From assembly GCA_977016875.1 (NCBI GenBank), contig CDRNST010000123.1, positions 372,001 through 436,000 of the forward strand: a stretch of 64,000 bases of DNA, written 5' to 3'. Position numbers and translations under genes: made by a program. Below the pieces are notes generated by a model, which was given only the letters and a program-made list of their open reading frames with translations, made no database searches and was not told the origin of the DNA. The first letter of the stretch is position 1, and each line of letters opens with the position of its first letter. Positions 24,505 to 36,145 of this stretch are shown here, one piece after another. The DNA comes from Pavona decussata. Its lineage: Eukaryota.

Positions 24505-27025
24505 TTTATTTATTTATTTATTTATTTATTTATTCACCACGACATACAAACATAGAAAGTTACAATGAATAATAGACTAGGATTACAAGTACATAAGTTT
24601 AGAGTAAATAAAAAATAGTAAAAGAAGTAAGAAGTGGCGAGGAGACCTCAAGAAACCCCCGGGCTTATACTGAGAGGTCTCCTCGGAGATATGTTGGGAC
24701 TTAAAGACCAGTAAAGACATTGTGTTGAGATTTTTTAACATACGGTGGTGGTAAGACTATAAAAACATAACAGAGTCGGACGTTTCATGCAATTAACTGA
24801 GGAAATCAAGAAGCTTTCTTTTGAAGGTGGATAGACTAGGGGAAGACGTAATTGATAATGGCAAAGCATTCCATATTTTTGGCCCTCTATAGAGTATAGT
24901 AAATTGCTTGATATTAGTTCGGCAGGTGTGAGGTCGAAAATGAGCTGAGGTTCTGGTATCATAATTATGAATTTGACCACCAGTCGGAAATAAATTTAGA
25001 AAGGGCGAAGGCAGCAAACGTTGGTGATAGGAAAACATAAATTTTGCAATATAAAAGGAATTCACTTTAAAAATATCTAGGATATTCAGTTGTGCAAATA
25101 AAGGTGCAGAAGGTGCAAGGTGATTAGAATTTGTCATAGCTCGCACAGCTCGTTTTTGAAGAAGAAAAATGCGATTTAAGTTTGTTACATAAGTAGAAGA
25201 CCAAACTGTAGTACAATAAGTTAAATAGGGATAAATTAAGGTATAATACAAAGATTTTTTAGTGTTTGATGACAAAAGGAAACGAAATCTGTACATTATA
25301 CCAACGGACTTAGAGATTTTCTTGCAAATATAACTGATATGCGATTTCCAGGTGAGACCTTCATCAATATAAATACCTAAGAACTTAACTTCTGTTACTT
25401 GCTTGAGGGGTATACTGTCAAGTGAAATTTGGGAGCTCATGCGGACAGATTTTTGTTTGGGTTTAAATATAACATAATTGGTTTTCTTTATGTTAACAGA
25501 AAGTTTGTTTGATTTCATCCATAAGCTAATCTTAGTCAGTTCACTATTCATTACAGAGGCAACATGATCAGGGTCTGAATTGGAGTAAAAGATACTAGTG
25601 TCATCTGCAAAGAGCAGGCATTCTGCCAGTCTGGTTGTTTTGGGAAGATCATTGATATATAATATGAAAAGTAAAGGGCCTAATATGGAACCCTGTGGAA
25701 CACCGCATCTAATTATCTGTTCGGAGGAACGGGTATCGTTGATCTGGACGAATTGGGTACGGTTGGAGAAATAACTTTTAATCCATTGCAATGCTAGTCC
25801 ACAGACACCATAATGTTCAAGTTTCTCAAATAAGATTTGGTGGTCTAGCGTGTCAAACGCTTTAGAAAGGTCAAGAAAAACACCTGCCGTGATTTCATTT
25901 TGGTCAATGGACGTTGCAATTTTATTAACAAGGTAAGTTAGCGACAGCGCAGTGGAATGGTTTTTACGAAAACCAAACTGGAGTTGGTAAAAGATATCAT
26001 GGCTATTTGCGAATTCTACTAGTCGATTGTGCATGACCTTTTCGAAGAATTTCGAAAAATTAGGAAGTAGTGAGATTGGTCTGTAATTAGTGAATAAATC
26101 CGGTTCATCACCTTTAAATACAGGAATCACTTTGGCAAGTTTTAGCTTGTCTGGGAATATTCCTTTGGAAAAGGATAAATTAATAATATTCTTAAGAGGT
26201 TCCGATACTACTTCAAAAGTGTTTTTGATAACATACATAGAAATATCGTCATATCCTGGGGCTTTCCCAGACTTCATGGACATACAGATTCCATTCAGCT
26301 CTTCAACAGTCGTCGGCTTCAAAATCAGAGACTCATTGATCTGATCATTCAAAAAAGAGTGGAAAGAAGAGTTCACCGGAGGTATTTTCGCTGCTAAATT
26401 AGGTCCTACGTTAGCAAAATAATTACAGAATCCATTTGCTATTTCTACAGGGTCGGTAAGAATGCTACCATCAGATCTAAATGACGAAGGAAAAGGAGGT
26501 CTACATTTACGCTTGTTGATAACTTCATTGATTAATTTCCAGGTCTCCTTTAGGTCATTTTTAGCCGAAGCAAACCTTTGGTCATAATAATGGCGTTTGG
26601 CAATTCTAATGAGATGGGTTAATTTGTTTCTGTAAGACTTATATTGTAACTCCCTCGTTGGATTAGGTGATCTCAGTAATTGTCTATACAGCTTGTTTTT
26701 CTTTCGAACAGAAGCTAATAAAGATTTGGTTATCCATGGGGAATAAGGCCTTTTACAATTCTTAACTTTATGAGGCTTCAATGGGAAACATAAATTATAA
26801 AGCCGCGAATATTCGGACAAGAATTTATTGTAAGAATCATTGGGGTCTTTATCATGTAGAAGTTCAGTCCAATCGACTTGAGAGAGGCGAGTTTTGAAAT
26901 TATTTAAATTTGCCGTAGAGAAGTTTCTCACAGGTCGGTTGCCAATTCTTTTATGAACATGAACAAAAGAGTCATCAGAGACATACGCAAATACTGGTAA
27001 ATGATCAGATATGTCACTTATATAA
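24505..27025 (-). mobile_element. 5'-truncated LINE of the L2/CR1 group (Crack/Daphne-like)
   Basis: ORF2 begins at the endonuclease end motif SDHLPVF; 3'UTR hairpin (GAGGAGACCTC...GAGGTCTCCTC); (TAAA)n tail at 24505-24535. Confidence 0.92.
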
Positions 27026-27036
27026 CTCATGCCCAT
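24793..27036 (-). CDS. LINE ORF2 reverse transcriptase (747 aa, uninterrupted)
   Basis: Motifs KAPGYD, NYRPISLL, QFGFR, FLDLSKAFD, GVPQGSILGPLLF, LFADD, KFLGI. Confidence 0.95.
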   Translation of the reverse strand: MGMSYISDISDHLPVFAYVSDDSFVHVHKRIGNRPVRNFSTANLNNFKTRLSQVDWTELLHDKDPNDSYNKFLSEYSRLYNLCFPLKPHKVKNCKRPYSPWITKSLLASVRKKNKLYRQLLRSPNPTRELQYKSYRNKLTHLIRIAKRHYYDQRFASAKNDLKETWKLINEVINKRKCRPPFPSSFRSDGSILTDPVEIANGFCNYFANVGPNLAAKIPPVNSSFHSFLNDQINESLILKPTTVEELNGICMSMKSGKAPGYDDISMYVIKNTFEVVSEPLKNIINLSFSKGIFPDKLKLAKVIPVFKGDEPDLFTNYRPISLLPNFSKFFEKVMHNRLVEFANSHDIFYQLQFGFRKNHSTALSLTYLVNKIATSIDQNEITAGVFLDLSKAFDTLDHQILFEKLEHYGVCGLALQWIKSYFSNRTQFVQINDTRSSEQIIRCGVPQGSILGPLLFILYINDLPKTTRLAECLLFADDTSIFYSNSDPDHVASVMNSELTKISLWMKSNKLSVNIKKTNYVIFKPKQKSVRMSSQISLDSIPLKQVTEVKFLGIYIDEGLTWKSHISYICKKISKSVGIMYRFRFLLSSNTKKSLYYTLIYPYLTYCTTVWSSTYVTNLNRIFLLQKRAVRAMTNSNHLAPSAPLFAQLNILDIFKVNSFYIAKFMFSYHQRLLPSPFLNLFPTGGQIHNYDTRTSAHFRPHTCRTNIKQFTILYRGPKIWNALPLSITSSPSLSTFKRKLLDFLS

Positions 27037-27278
27037 GTCAATCCTCCGGCCAAACCTGTATTAAGTGGACACCCTCAGGACCCTTGCTTATTACAGGGTG
27101 TCCGCAGAAAACTGGCTCCCTTAGAATTCGTCTTAAAAGGGTCATATTAACATTCCTCAGCATTAAAAGGCCTTGAAAGGATTAAATACCATTCCCGTGA
27201 ACGGAAAGGTGTTTGGCAGACCGAAAACCAGATCGAGTTTATTCACCAGCAGAAAAGCCTACAGATCTTATGGAAGTA

Positions 27279-27469
27279 CAGTCAACTCCCTTTATTGCGG
27301 ACACCCTCAGGACCACGAGTTAATTAGTGTCCTTAATAGCGAGAGTCTGTAATAGCGGGAATTTATTTCAGTCAAACGTCTGTAATTTATTTTCGCCGGG
27401 GATTTAGCTGCTGTCCATATTATCGGGGTGTCCGTAATAGCGAGGTGTCAGCAAGGCGAGAGTTGACTG
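27279..27469. mobile_element. TA-flanked Tc1/pogo-type MITE, copy 1
   Basis: TA|CAGTCAACTC...GAGTTGACTG|TA; near-identical copy at 28836-29022. Confidence 0.85.
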
Positions 27470-28635
27470 TAGTTGGGCGCGTTCCAAAGCTCATTAAAGC
27501 GTCCAACAAACCCAGGAAAAGTGAAAATTACTGAAAAGAGGGAGAGCAAAGCGGTTTGGAGCTACCAACTCCATCGGACCCCACGCTACGAAAGGGTTCT
27601 TTCCCTTTCTAGCGTAGTGTCCGGTGGAGAAACCACTGCTCGTAGGGTAGAAGTTACCCTGCGAGTACATTTTTCAAGGGGACACTTTTTCATGTAACTG
27701 GTTGAAACAGAAATTGATTAGGGATTTGTATTATGTACTCGTTTTACAGACATGTCCCTAGGTCTCGGGGGTAGGGGGGTGGGAGGGGGTACCCTCTAGA
27801 GCCCCTGTCCCATCATAGTCTATTTTGTGGCCAGTTATATAGACCCCATCTTAATCACTTTTGGGAAAATGTAATTTTCGCCATCCCAACCAAGTCACTT
27901 TCTATTTATTCATCTTCTTTATCAATCCCTTAAATAGATCATCCTGAATGAATTGACACATTTTTTTTAATTGAATGAAGAACACTTTATTTTTCACCTA
28001 CAAAACAAGCATTCTGGTACGTTTGCTAACCGTATATACAGGCTGGCCCGGTAGGCGGGACGAATTTGGTATTTTGTTCATATGGGAAATTTAATCCCGG
28101 TTACCGAGATGAAAAATGTCCAGAAGGCCCCCAAAACTGACTCGTGGAACCGCGTTCCGACTTGTCAGCGACATTACAAGCCATGTACAGTTGAAAATGT
28201 TTCGTTACGGACAGTCGCCGGTATCCGGGCTGCGGAGTGTTCAGATGGGAAAATTTTTTTAGCTCGGGTACCGAGATCTCGGTTTTTGCGCCGGCCAGCC
28301 CGCCTTCTGATATGAACACATTGAAATTTTTGAAAAGAAAAGAGTCGCGAGGCGCGATGTCGGAAACTGAGCCAGCCCGGTCGGGCTCATATTAAGAGTA
28401 AAAGCCAGCAATTAACTGTGTTTGCAAGAGCTACCGAAACAAAATAAAAGTACCGGATCCTGTAGTGAAGGATCTAATCAGGAAAAAATTGTAAAACAAA
28501 TAATATAAAAAATGAGCAAGGCTGATTTCACGGTAGCGTTATTTTGCTCATGCCTATTTACCAGTTGTATTAACAAAAGAAAGGACCATAAAAGACAAGT
28601 TTAAGGTGTCCGCGTCCGCTTAATAGAGGGGTGTA

Positions 28636-29233
28636 CAGGCCCGCAAATAATCCCCGGACCGGAAATGATCCTCAAATTGAACCGCAAATGATCCCCGGAC
28701 GGGAAATGATCCCCAGATTGGACCGCAAATGATCCCCGATCGCCTCACCATAAATATAGAATGGAATGGACTCAAATTTGGACAGTGGATTTCAACTTTA
28801 TAGAAATCATTTCTTTTCAATAACACCAGTCGTTACAGTCAACTCCCTTTATCGCGGACACCCTCAGGACCACGAGTTAGTGTCCTTAATAGCGAGAGTC
28901 TGTAATAGCGGGAATTTATTTCAGTCAAACGTCTGTAACTTATTTTCGCCGGGGATTTAGTTGCTGTCCGTATTATCGGGGTGTCCGTAATAGCGAGGTG
29001 TCCGCAAGGCAAGAGTTGACTGTATATTTAAACTATCTGCATGCAAATTTCACATCTTTAAAAATTATAATATAGCAGTACAGTACAACAGAACAGTTTA
29101 CCTATAAACTGGAACATACATGTATATGATCGGGGATCATTTGCGGTCCAATCTGGGGATCATTTCCCGTCCAGGGATCATTTGCGGTTCAATTTGGAGA
29201 TCACTTCCGGTCCGGGGATCATTTGCGGGCCTG
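28636..29233. mobile_element. TA-flanked MITE with about 105-bp internally repetitive TIRs, containing nested MITE 28836-29022
   Basis: Arms built of (CCGCAAATGATCCCC)-type subrepeats in inverted orientation. Confidence 0.85.
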
Positions 29234-29699
29234 TACCGGGGGTCCGTTGAATACAGGTATTTTCTACAGTAAACGTGGGTAAAAAAAGAATGGACTTGTG
29301 CTGCTGTCCGCTTAGCAGAGGGTATCCGCTTATTATGGGGTCCGCTTAATACAAGGTTGACTGTGCTATGTTTATACTAGCTTAAAAAACATTTCAAATT
29401 GAAATAAAACCAAAAACGTTTGATTGATTTTGGCTTATCTGCGCACTGTTAATAGCTGGCAAAAATCCATCGTAGAAAATCCGATTTAAGACTGCTTAGC
29501 TTAGGGCCACCTTAAGGCATTTCACCGTAGATTAAATATAAACAGTTAAATGTCAATGTCATGCGGTTGTTCCTTTGCTATTTTTAACATAAACGTGAAG
29601 TTATTTCCCAGAGGTTATTCAATTCCTTGACCCAATTCTACCTGCTTTTCTTTCTATAAATTTGATACTTCATTTGACTGGGTGATTGATCAGCTCAGT

Positions 29700-29995
29700 G
29701 ACTGATTGATCATAGTCTATATTCTCCGGACCTCTGCGAAACTGATCACCCTAAGACACTGTGTATATTCTTACCTTTGTCGGTTCGTTTCCTAGTTACT
29801 TCCGCCTTGTTAAATTCCTAAGTTCTCCCAAACTTTTACCCGGGAAGAAGGAATAAGAATATTAATTTTCGTCAGTTGAAGACATGGACCCTTTATGTAC
29901 AAATTCGATGAGAGATTTAATCAGTGGCGTGTTCGACACCCAGAACGCATAGGTCGGAGTCCTTGTTTCTGCAGTTTTGCTTCTCCTCTGCAAGA
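29700..29995 (+). promoter_or_regulatory. Conserved upstream/5'UTR block of copy B (paralogue at about 62790-63054)
   Basis: Alignable non-coding sequence before both ATGs, including identical TTCCTAGTTACTT and AATATTAATTTTCGTCAGTT. Confidence 0.55.
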
Positions 29996-30068
29996 ATGGG
30001 GGTGTTCCCAGCTGTACAGCTGTTAGCTACGCTCTTAACATCGTGCGCTTTTCCCTATTTGGCCGAAC
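29996..30068 (+). CDS. Copy B first coding exon: signal peptide
   Basis: MGVFPAVQLLATLLTSCAFPYLAE with a phase-1 GTGAG donor, in frame with exon 30313. A homologous 73-bp exon lies at 63055-63127. Confidence 0.8.
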
Positions 30069-30312
30069 GTGAGACCAGTGCAATTATTCTCTTGCCACTA
30101 ATTGCAATTCGTTTTAGCCTTGAAGGTCCGGTTCTTGAACTGAACAACTTGAAATGTTAGAACCATGCGTTTGGCTCCGATACTCAAACGATCACGCCAG
30201 TTTGGATCTGTCACAGGAGAATTTAAAGTCATTCGTTGCTCCTGAAGGTTCATTTCTTTTCTCTTTTGAATCTTTGTTTTAAACTACATTTTCTCATATA
30301 ATTTTCCGTTAG

Positions 30313-30671
30313 GACAAATTGTGTTCCAGCAAGGAAAGGTCAACTTCACTGTGTCATATCCTGACTTGGTCCATTGCAAAACCGTGCAATACCCTCAGGT
30401 ATTTTCCAGCTCTGGCAATATTCGTGTTCTTGCATCTATCAGCCATGAAAATGAACCGCCCAGTGTTCATGATTTAGCAGTAGTGTGGACCGCCGAAGTG
30501 ACGCAGAATAATTTCCGCGTCTGTGTGTTGGAATCAGGAATTGGTTCAAATGGATCTGTTGTTGTGAACTGGGTTGCGTTTCGCGGCACGCCTTCGGGAG
30601 CACTTGGCGGCACCGCCTCCTTCAATGCATTCACCAGCGGAACACAATGTGAAAGGGTTGATTATGCACAG
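30313..30671 (+). CDS. Copy B exon 2: first H-type-lectin-like repeat and start of second
   Basis: QGKVNF...CKTVQYPQVF...HDLAVVWTAEVTQNNFRVCV...VNWVAFRG...FTSGTQCERVDY; internal paralogue of exon 39692-40071. Confidence 0.85.
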
Positions 30672-31849
30672 GTATGACTCCCATTTGATAAGTTAATGAA
30701 GAAAAACTTCATTAAACACAAAGGAAGTAGCATATCAATTGGAGAGCTTTTCTTTTTAGAATTTGGCATTAACAATGACCAGCATACCTCACTACCTGTT
30801 CCATCCCTGTTCCATAAGTACTTGTAAATTAAATCGCTCAAAAATAAGAAGGTGGTTGCTTTGCCATTTAATTAAAACGTCTCGACTCGTTAGTCGAAAA
30901 AACAGACAGAAAACAATTCCAGCTCACATTTAAGTCGTATTTGGCAAATACCCAAGAGCAGTGTTATTCGTGTCTCACGCCAGTTTGGATCTTAAATTCC
31001 ATTTCGTATGAATCAACTATAAACAGATTCACTGACCTTCAAGATGACAACTGCCTACTCCGAGCCAAACCCCTAAACACCAAGTGACCAGTAGTATTAC
31101 TACTCCCCTCTGGAGAAAATGTCAATCCATCGCATGGTATCCCCGAGCGGAGTAGGCAGATACATTAATGATGGCGAGTAGCTAATGCCCTGCATAGACT
31201 TTGAGATTAGCATGGCTTGTAACTCTTTTGGTTGTTCTTTTCCTCCAGGGAACCTTTTTTTTTTGGCGTCTCCACAAAATGATACAAACTGAAGATGATT
31301 GATTTACCATCTTTCAACTAAGCACTTAAGTCTATTCGGATCAAAAAATACCTTAAGATGCAGAAACCAGGGTAAATGGAAATTCTTCTTTGACTTTGAG
31401 TTTAATAAAACAGTTTGGTGGCCCTATTGTTTTTAGAGCAAACCTTAAGAAAGATGATTTGTTTAAATCAGTTTAAAGGTGTCCGACGCTTTTACGAAAT
31501 TCCGCAAGACTGAGCAGGAGAATTGTTTTATTATTCAACACATTGCTAACAAAGCGCAGGTTTATAGAAAAAAGCTGGAGGCGATCTTTATTTGTTAAAA
31601 AAAGAGAGTTTTAACACTGATTTGACCGGGCAAGGACGCGCATGAATGAAAGTGGTTTGACAGATTTATTCATCTCAAAACATTTTAACGCATTTATTCA
31701 ACATAAAAAATGCTTAGAAATGTTTTACTCGTGATAACTGGAACAAAACGGAAGTGTAAAACAAAAACGTTTCTACTCTAAATAGTTTACACGTCCTATT
31801 AAAGGGTTAAATGAGGGTTTCTAAACTTTCTTTGTAACTCAGTAGGAAA

Positions 31850-32740
31850 AAACAAGGGGTGATAGGCCTGCGCGACTTTTAACAATGGAAACATTTTTTA
31901 TGTGTAACTTTTTTATATTTTTGCTCCGACAAGCATATCATTTGGAGATTTTCCTTTTTTGAAGGAAATAAGTGGTTGCTCTTTGAAGATTTCTCTAAAA
32001 AATGTTTGAGGTTGGGCACTGATGGTTGGTATTGTGTTACAAAAGGCAATATTTGTCTGGGGGTGTTGTCTCAGTTTGCTTCAATGCTGATGACCTTTCA
32101 GTAAATTTGACATCTGATAAACTTTTTTCAATCAGATTATTTGGGTAGCCTCCAGCAAGGGTCGTGATTTAATTTTTTAATTATTTTCCTCAAATGTTGT
32201 TTTTGAAGAGTTTGTTCGTAGGCGTCTTAGGGCTTCGCCATTAACAAATCCTTTCTTGTCTCCTGGTGGATGGCTGGAGGAAAAATGCGTGTATTGAAAG
32301 GTTTCAGTCGGCTTGAAATGTGTTTAAATATCCAGAATGGAATGACGATGGAATCGATTGCCTTTGTATGCAACTGTATCCAGAAATGTAGTCTCAGCAT
32401 TTGAGATTTCAGCCGTAAATTTGATAGTTGGATGATATGAGTTTGCTTGTTCAAAGAACCGTTCTATATCGTGTTTATCAGTGTCCCACAGAAACAAGAT
32501 ATCGTCAATGTAACGTTTTCAAACTGTAGGTTTTACGACGCTTTGGTTAACAATATTTGTTTCAATGCCGGCTATAAAAATGTTTGCCCATGGCTGTACC
32601 ATGGATGTGGAGGTAATTCCTTCTATTGAGTTGAAAAGAATATTCTCTGAGAATGACTGTTGGAATTTCTATCAGGTACATGTATGGGGTGCGAATGGGA
32701 GGGTTGTTGCTGTGAAAATTATCGTATGCTTTGAAATGAA
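31850..32740 (-). mobile_element. Degenerate Penelope-like RT fragment
   Basis: KAYDNFHSNNPP...NYLHIHGTAMG, RYIDD, HPTIKFTAEIS...FLD, KPTETFQYTHFSSSHP across frames. Confidence 0.8.
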
Positions 32741-32849
32741 TAAATCTGTCAAAGTTAATGCATTTCCACACACTTAGCATTTTCAATACTTCTCATCTAC
32801 TACACTCCGTACTCCGCATTCCTTATTTTCCGTCCAACCAGCTTCCTTC

Positions 32850-33350
32850 AGAAGTTTTAATGAAATCGAGAGCGTGGATCGCACTTGCATCAAAATTGCG
32901 TACTCGTCTAGTACGCCAACAGCTCTGGCAAACATTTCCACAAAGTTATAGCCTGAAAACAAACATTATTTTGAAGTTGCGAAAGATTTGTTGTGTCAGC
33001 TGGGCCGAACGGAACAGAAAAAGTTTTGCAACGATTTCTCGGGTGAGTGTTTCTTTGTTTTCTGCGCAAGCATTTCACCATCTTTCCTCGGTGTTTTGCC
33101 GACAATTGAAACGCTTCCAGTGCCTTGTTGCTCTCAAGAACTCTGGATCTGTTATGATACTAAACGGTTTTATACAGCCAGCTCTAATTCTTCTAAGAGT
33201 AATTGCTTTGTACTCTATATTTTTGTCTACCAGAGAGATAAAATTTCTCGAGGCACTTTGCGAACTCGGTTTTCTCAGGTGGTTTTCTCCATTCCTTCGA
33301 GACGAGTCAAGAACTCTGTTTGATTGTTTCGAGATGAGGAATCAATCTAA
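32850..33350 (-). mobile_element. Degenerate Crypton-like (DUF3504/KCTD1-related) fragment
   Basis: FAKCLEKFYLSGRQK, KPFSIITDPEF, LTREIVAKLF, GPADTTNLSQLQNNVCF across frames. Confidence 0.6.
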
Positions 33351-34319
33351 GAAAATACTGTTTGTAATTTCTGAGCCTTTACTAGAATACGGGATAATAC
33401 AAAAGTCTAGCGAAAAAAACAAACAAAAACAAAGATGCCCCCTAATGGCATTTACACGGAATGCTTAATGTAGCCTCATTAATTCCCCATTGTATGCTTC
33501 GCAGATTTTTAAAAACTATCCTCCCTTCGCAATTGAAATAATTGAATGATTTTATTCAGAGAGACTGCGTGATATTTTATCGTTGTGTTACTGGAAATCA
33601 TACCGGAAATTACTATGCCATAACGTTATAACCCCCACTTGAACTGGTCTGGTTTCCTTCGCCTTGAATTATTCGATCTGTTTGTGAAAGTGTAGTTTCT
33701 TCGCTGTGAACTCTCCCAATTTCCACCGTTTAAACTGTCGAGTACTACTTAGAAGTTATTTTTTTCGATTTACTGCTTGAAAAACGTTTCTTTTCTTTCT
33801 CAAAACGGCAGATCAGAGTCTTAAATTCATACATGTGGCCGCCATTGACGCTGCATTGAACGAAAACAACCTTCTAAATGATGATTTGCTTTCATGTCAC
33901 ACAGGTAGAGATGACTGGGTCCCCTCCCTCGTGATATACGCGCCGATAATGGATTTTGATTGGGCCGGTTTTGTTTAAGACAATCAGAACAACAGATCCC
34001 TTTTGGGAGAGGGCAGAATTTAATGAAGGTTCAATGAATAAATCAAATAATCAGATTTGACGTCACACAGGAAGGAATGAGTGAGGCCCCTCTCTCGAAA
34101 TATGTGCCTAAATAATAGATTTTAATTGGGCCGCTTCTGTTGAAGACAATTAGAACAATACATCCTTACTAGGAGAGGGGAGAGTTTAATGCATAAATTA
34201 ATGTGCAAATTTGTGGCTACAATGAAGAAAAAAAAAACAAGATGCCTATACTGGCATTTACGCGTGATGCTGTGGCTGATTCATGCCCTGAGGGCATCCC
34301 GTGTAAAAAGGTAAGCAGT

Positions 34320-35350
34320 AAAAGTTTTTGCACTAACCATTACAAATCTTTACAGCAAACTTGGTTGTCTTGGTTGCGTTTTATGAAACATGTACTTGCG
34401 AGGTCGTTACTTTTTGAAAGCGCTCTGCCATACATTTTTCTTCCCGACACACGAAATTACGTATATCGCAGCAGAAAAGGTCTACGACCAAAATATTGAA
34501 AACTATGAACCGGAGGCAGTCAACAAAATTCTCGGGGATTTCCACGCAACAGTGCGTAAAGAAGACGGGAAAGACTATACGAGCATGGCAGTCTTCGCAC
34601 TGCAATTGAACGTTACCTAAGAAGGCAAGGTTACAAATACTCCACAATTAGAAACCGAGAGTAAAAAGGTTCGAAGCAAGTTCTTGAAGGTAAAGCTCGA
34701 CTACTGCGACAACAAGGTTAGCTTAAAGTCAAGCGGCTGAACAAGTCTCAGAAGTCTGACAAACACTGAATTAAATGAGCTGTTGTAAAGCAAAACGCTT
34801 TGAAGCACAAGTTCTGGTACAAACGGTTTGGTAGTTCCTGACTCAATATTTTGGCGTAGAGCATCATGTTGAAGATTTTCATGTCGGCTTGGACGAAAAC
34901 AAATATGAATTCATTGAGAACCAGGTTAAAACACGCCAGTCTGGACTGTCTGCAAAGCCCCGGCTCCTAAGATCCAATCAGTTCGAAAACATGCCGAGGA
35001 CGGTGATCAGACTTCAGACTTCTTTTAACATTGACCTAAAATTATGCTTTGTGATTTGAAAACTTGCTCTTTTTAGAGTGATGGTATTTTTAACATGTTT
35101 TCCGTACGTATGATGTATGTCAATCGAGCTTGTCATTTTTGAAACCAATCAAAGACATGTAGGCGGAGCATTAGCTGACGGACAAGAAATAAACAAAAAC
35201 TCATTTGAAATTTTTGAATGTATATTATTAACAAGTAATCACATGATTTCTCTCGTGCAATTTGGAATAAATAAGCACTTGTAAAATTTTAAAAGGCCAC
35301 AAATTGCACTCGCCCTGCGGGATCGTGGAATTTTGTTAGCCTTTTAAAAT

Positions 35351-35381
<31 letters not shown>

Positions 35382-35405
35382 TCGGAATCATGTGATTACC
35401 TATAC
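34320..35405 (+). mobile_element. Degenerate Crypton-like fragment with terminal palindrome (35232-35405)
   Basis: IENYEPEAVNKILGDFHATVRKEDGKDY...AIERYLRRQGYKYS...QVLEGKARLLRQQG; ends in a hairpin of about 170 bp. Confidence 0.7.
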
Positions 35406-35409
35406 AAAT

Positions 35410-35740
35410 TGTTACCCAGACGGACTGACAACAAATGATTTCTTGAAGAAAATAGGCATCAGAAAAGATAATATGTGCACCTTTTATTGAGGTGGAAAGT
35501 ATAGTCCATCTTTTTTGTTTTTGCGAGGCGACGCCCTGCAGATCTGGCGGTGTTTCAAGCATGGCTTATCACCGAAAAAGCATGACAGATTTAAAGGCTA
35601 TCAACCTTACTCCAGTCATAATATTGGGCTTAAATCCTCATTCTTTTAGAAAATAAATAGGTGCACCTCTTTCCCTTAATTGCAAGCTATTTTATTTGAT
35701 TTAGCAAAATGCAGGATAAGGACCCTGATATACAAAAGCT
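35410..35740 (+). mobile_element. Old L1/Tx1-like LINE 3' fragment (similar fragment about 52270-52660)
   Basis: TNDFLKKIGIRKDNMCTF...ESIVHLFCFC zinc-finger remnant. Confidence 0.55.
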
Positions 35741-36013
35741 TTTTTTTGACTTTCCTAACCTCCTTCCTGTGATGGGAGGTATCAAATTGTCTCGTATAAA
35801 TTGCCTCTCGATTCACGAAGTTAAAATATACTCTCAGCCATGCTTCCTCAAGCCATGTAATTTTTTCCTCCTAAAATTTAATTTAATTTTCCGCAAAAAA
35901 GGTTCTGTGTTGTATTTATTTGACGTGCTTGCTTTAACTGTGGTGTGACAGTAATAGCGTCTCAACTGTACTGCAATGCAAGTATAAAATAATTAATTTA
36001 AAAAGGATCGGGA

Positions 36014-36145
36014 ATATTGTCAGTATTGTAAGTAATGTAGGTATTGTAAGTATTGTTTAGTGTCAGCATTGTTAGTATTGTACGTGTAGTAAGTATTGTC
36101 AGTAGTGCAAGTATTGTTAGTATTGTAAGTAGCTATTTAGTATTG
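36014..36145. repeat. Degenerate 9-10-bp minisatellite (AGTATTGTNA)n
   Basis: About 13 units. Confidence 0.85.

Noticed and set aside
32758-33468. 236-aa plus-strand ORF
   Set aside because: No recognisable motifs; it is antisense to a degenerate Crypton-like remnant.
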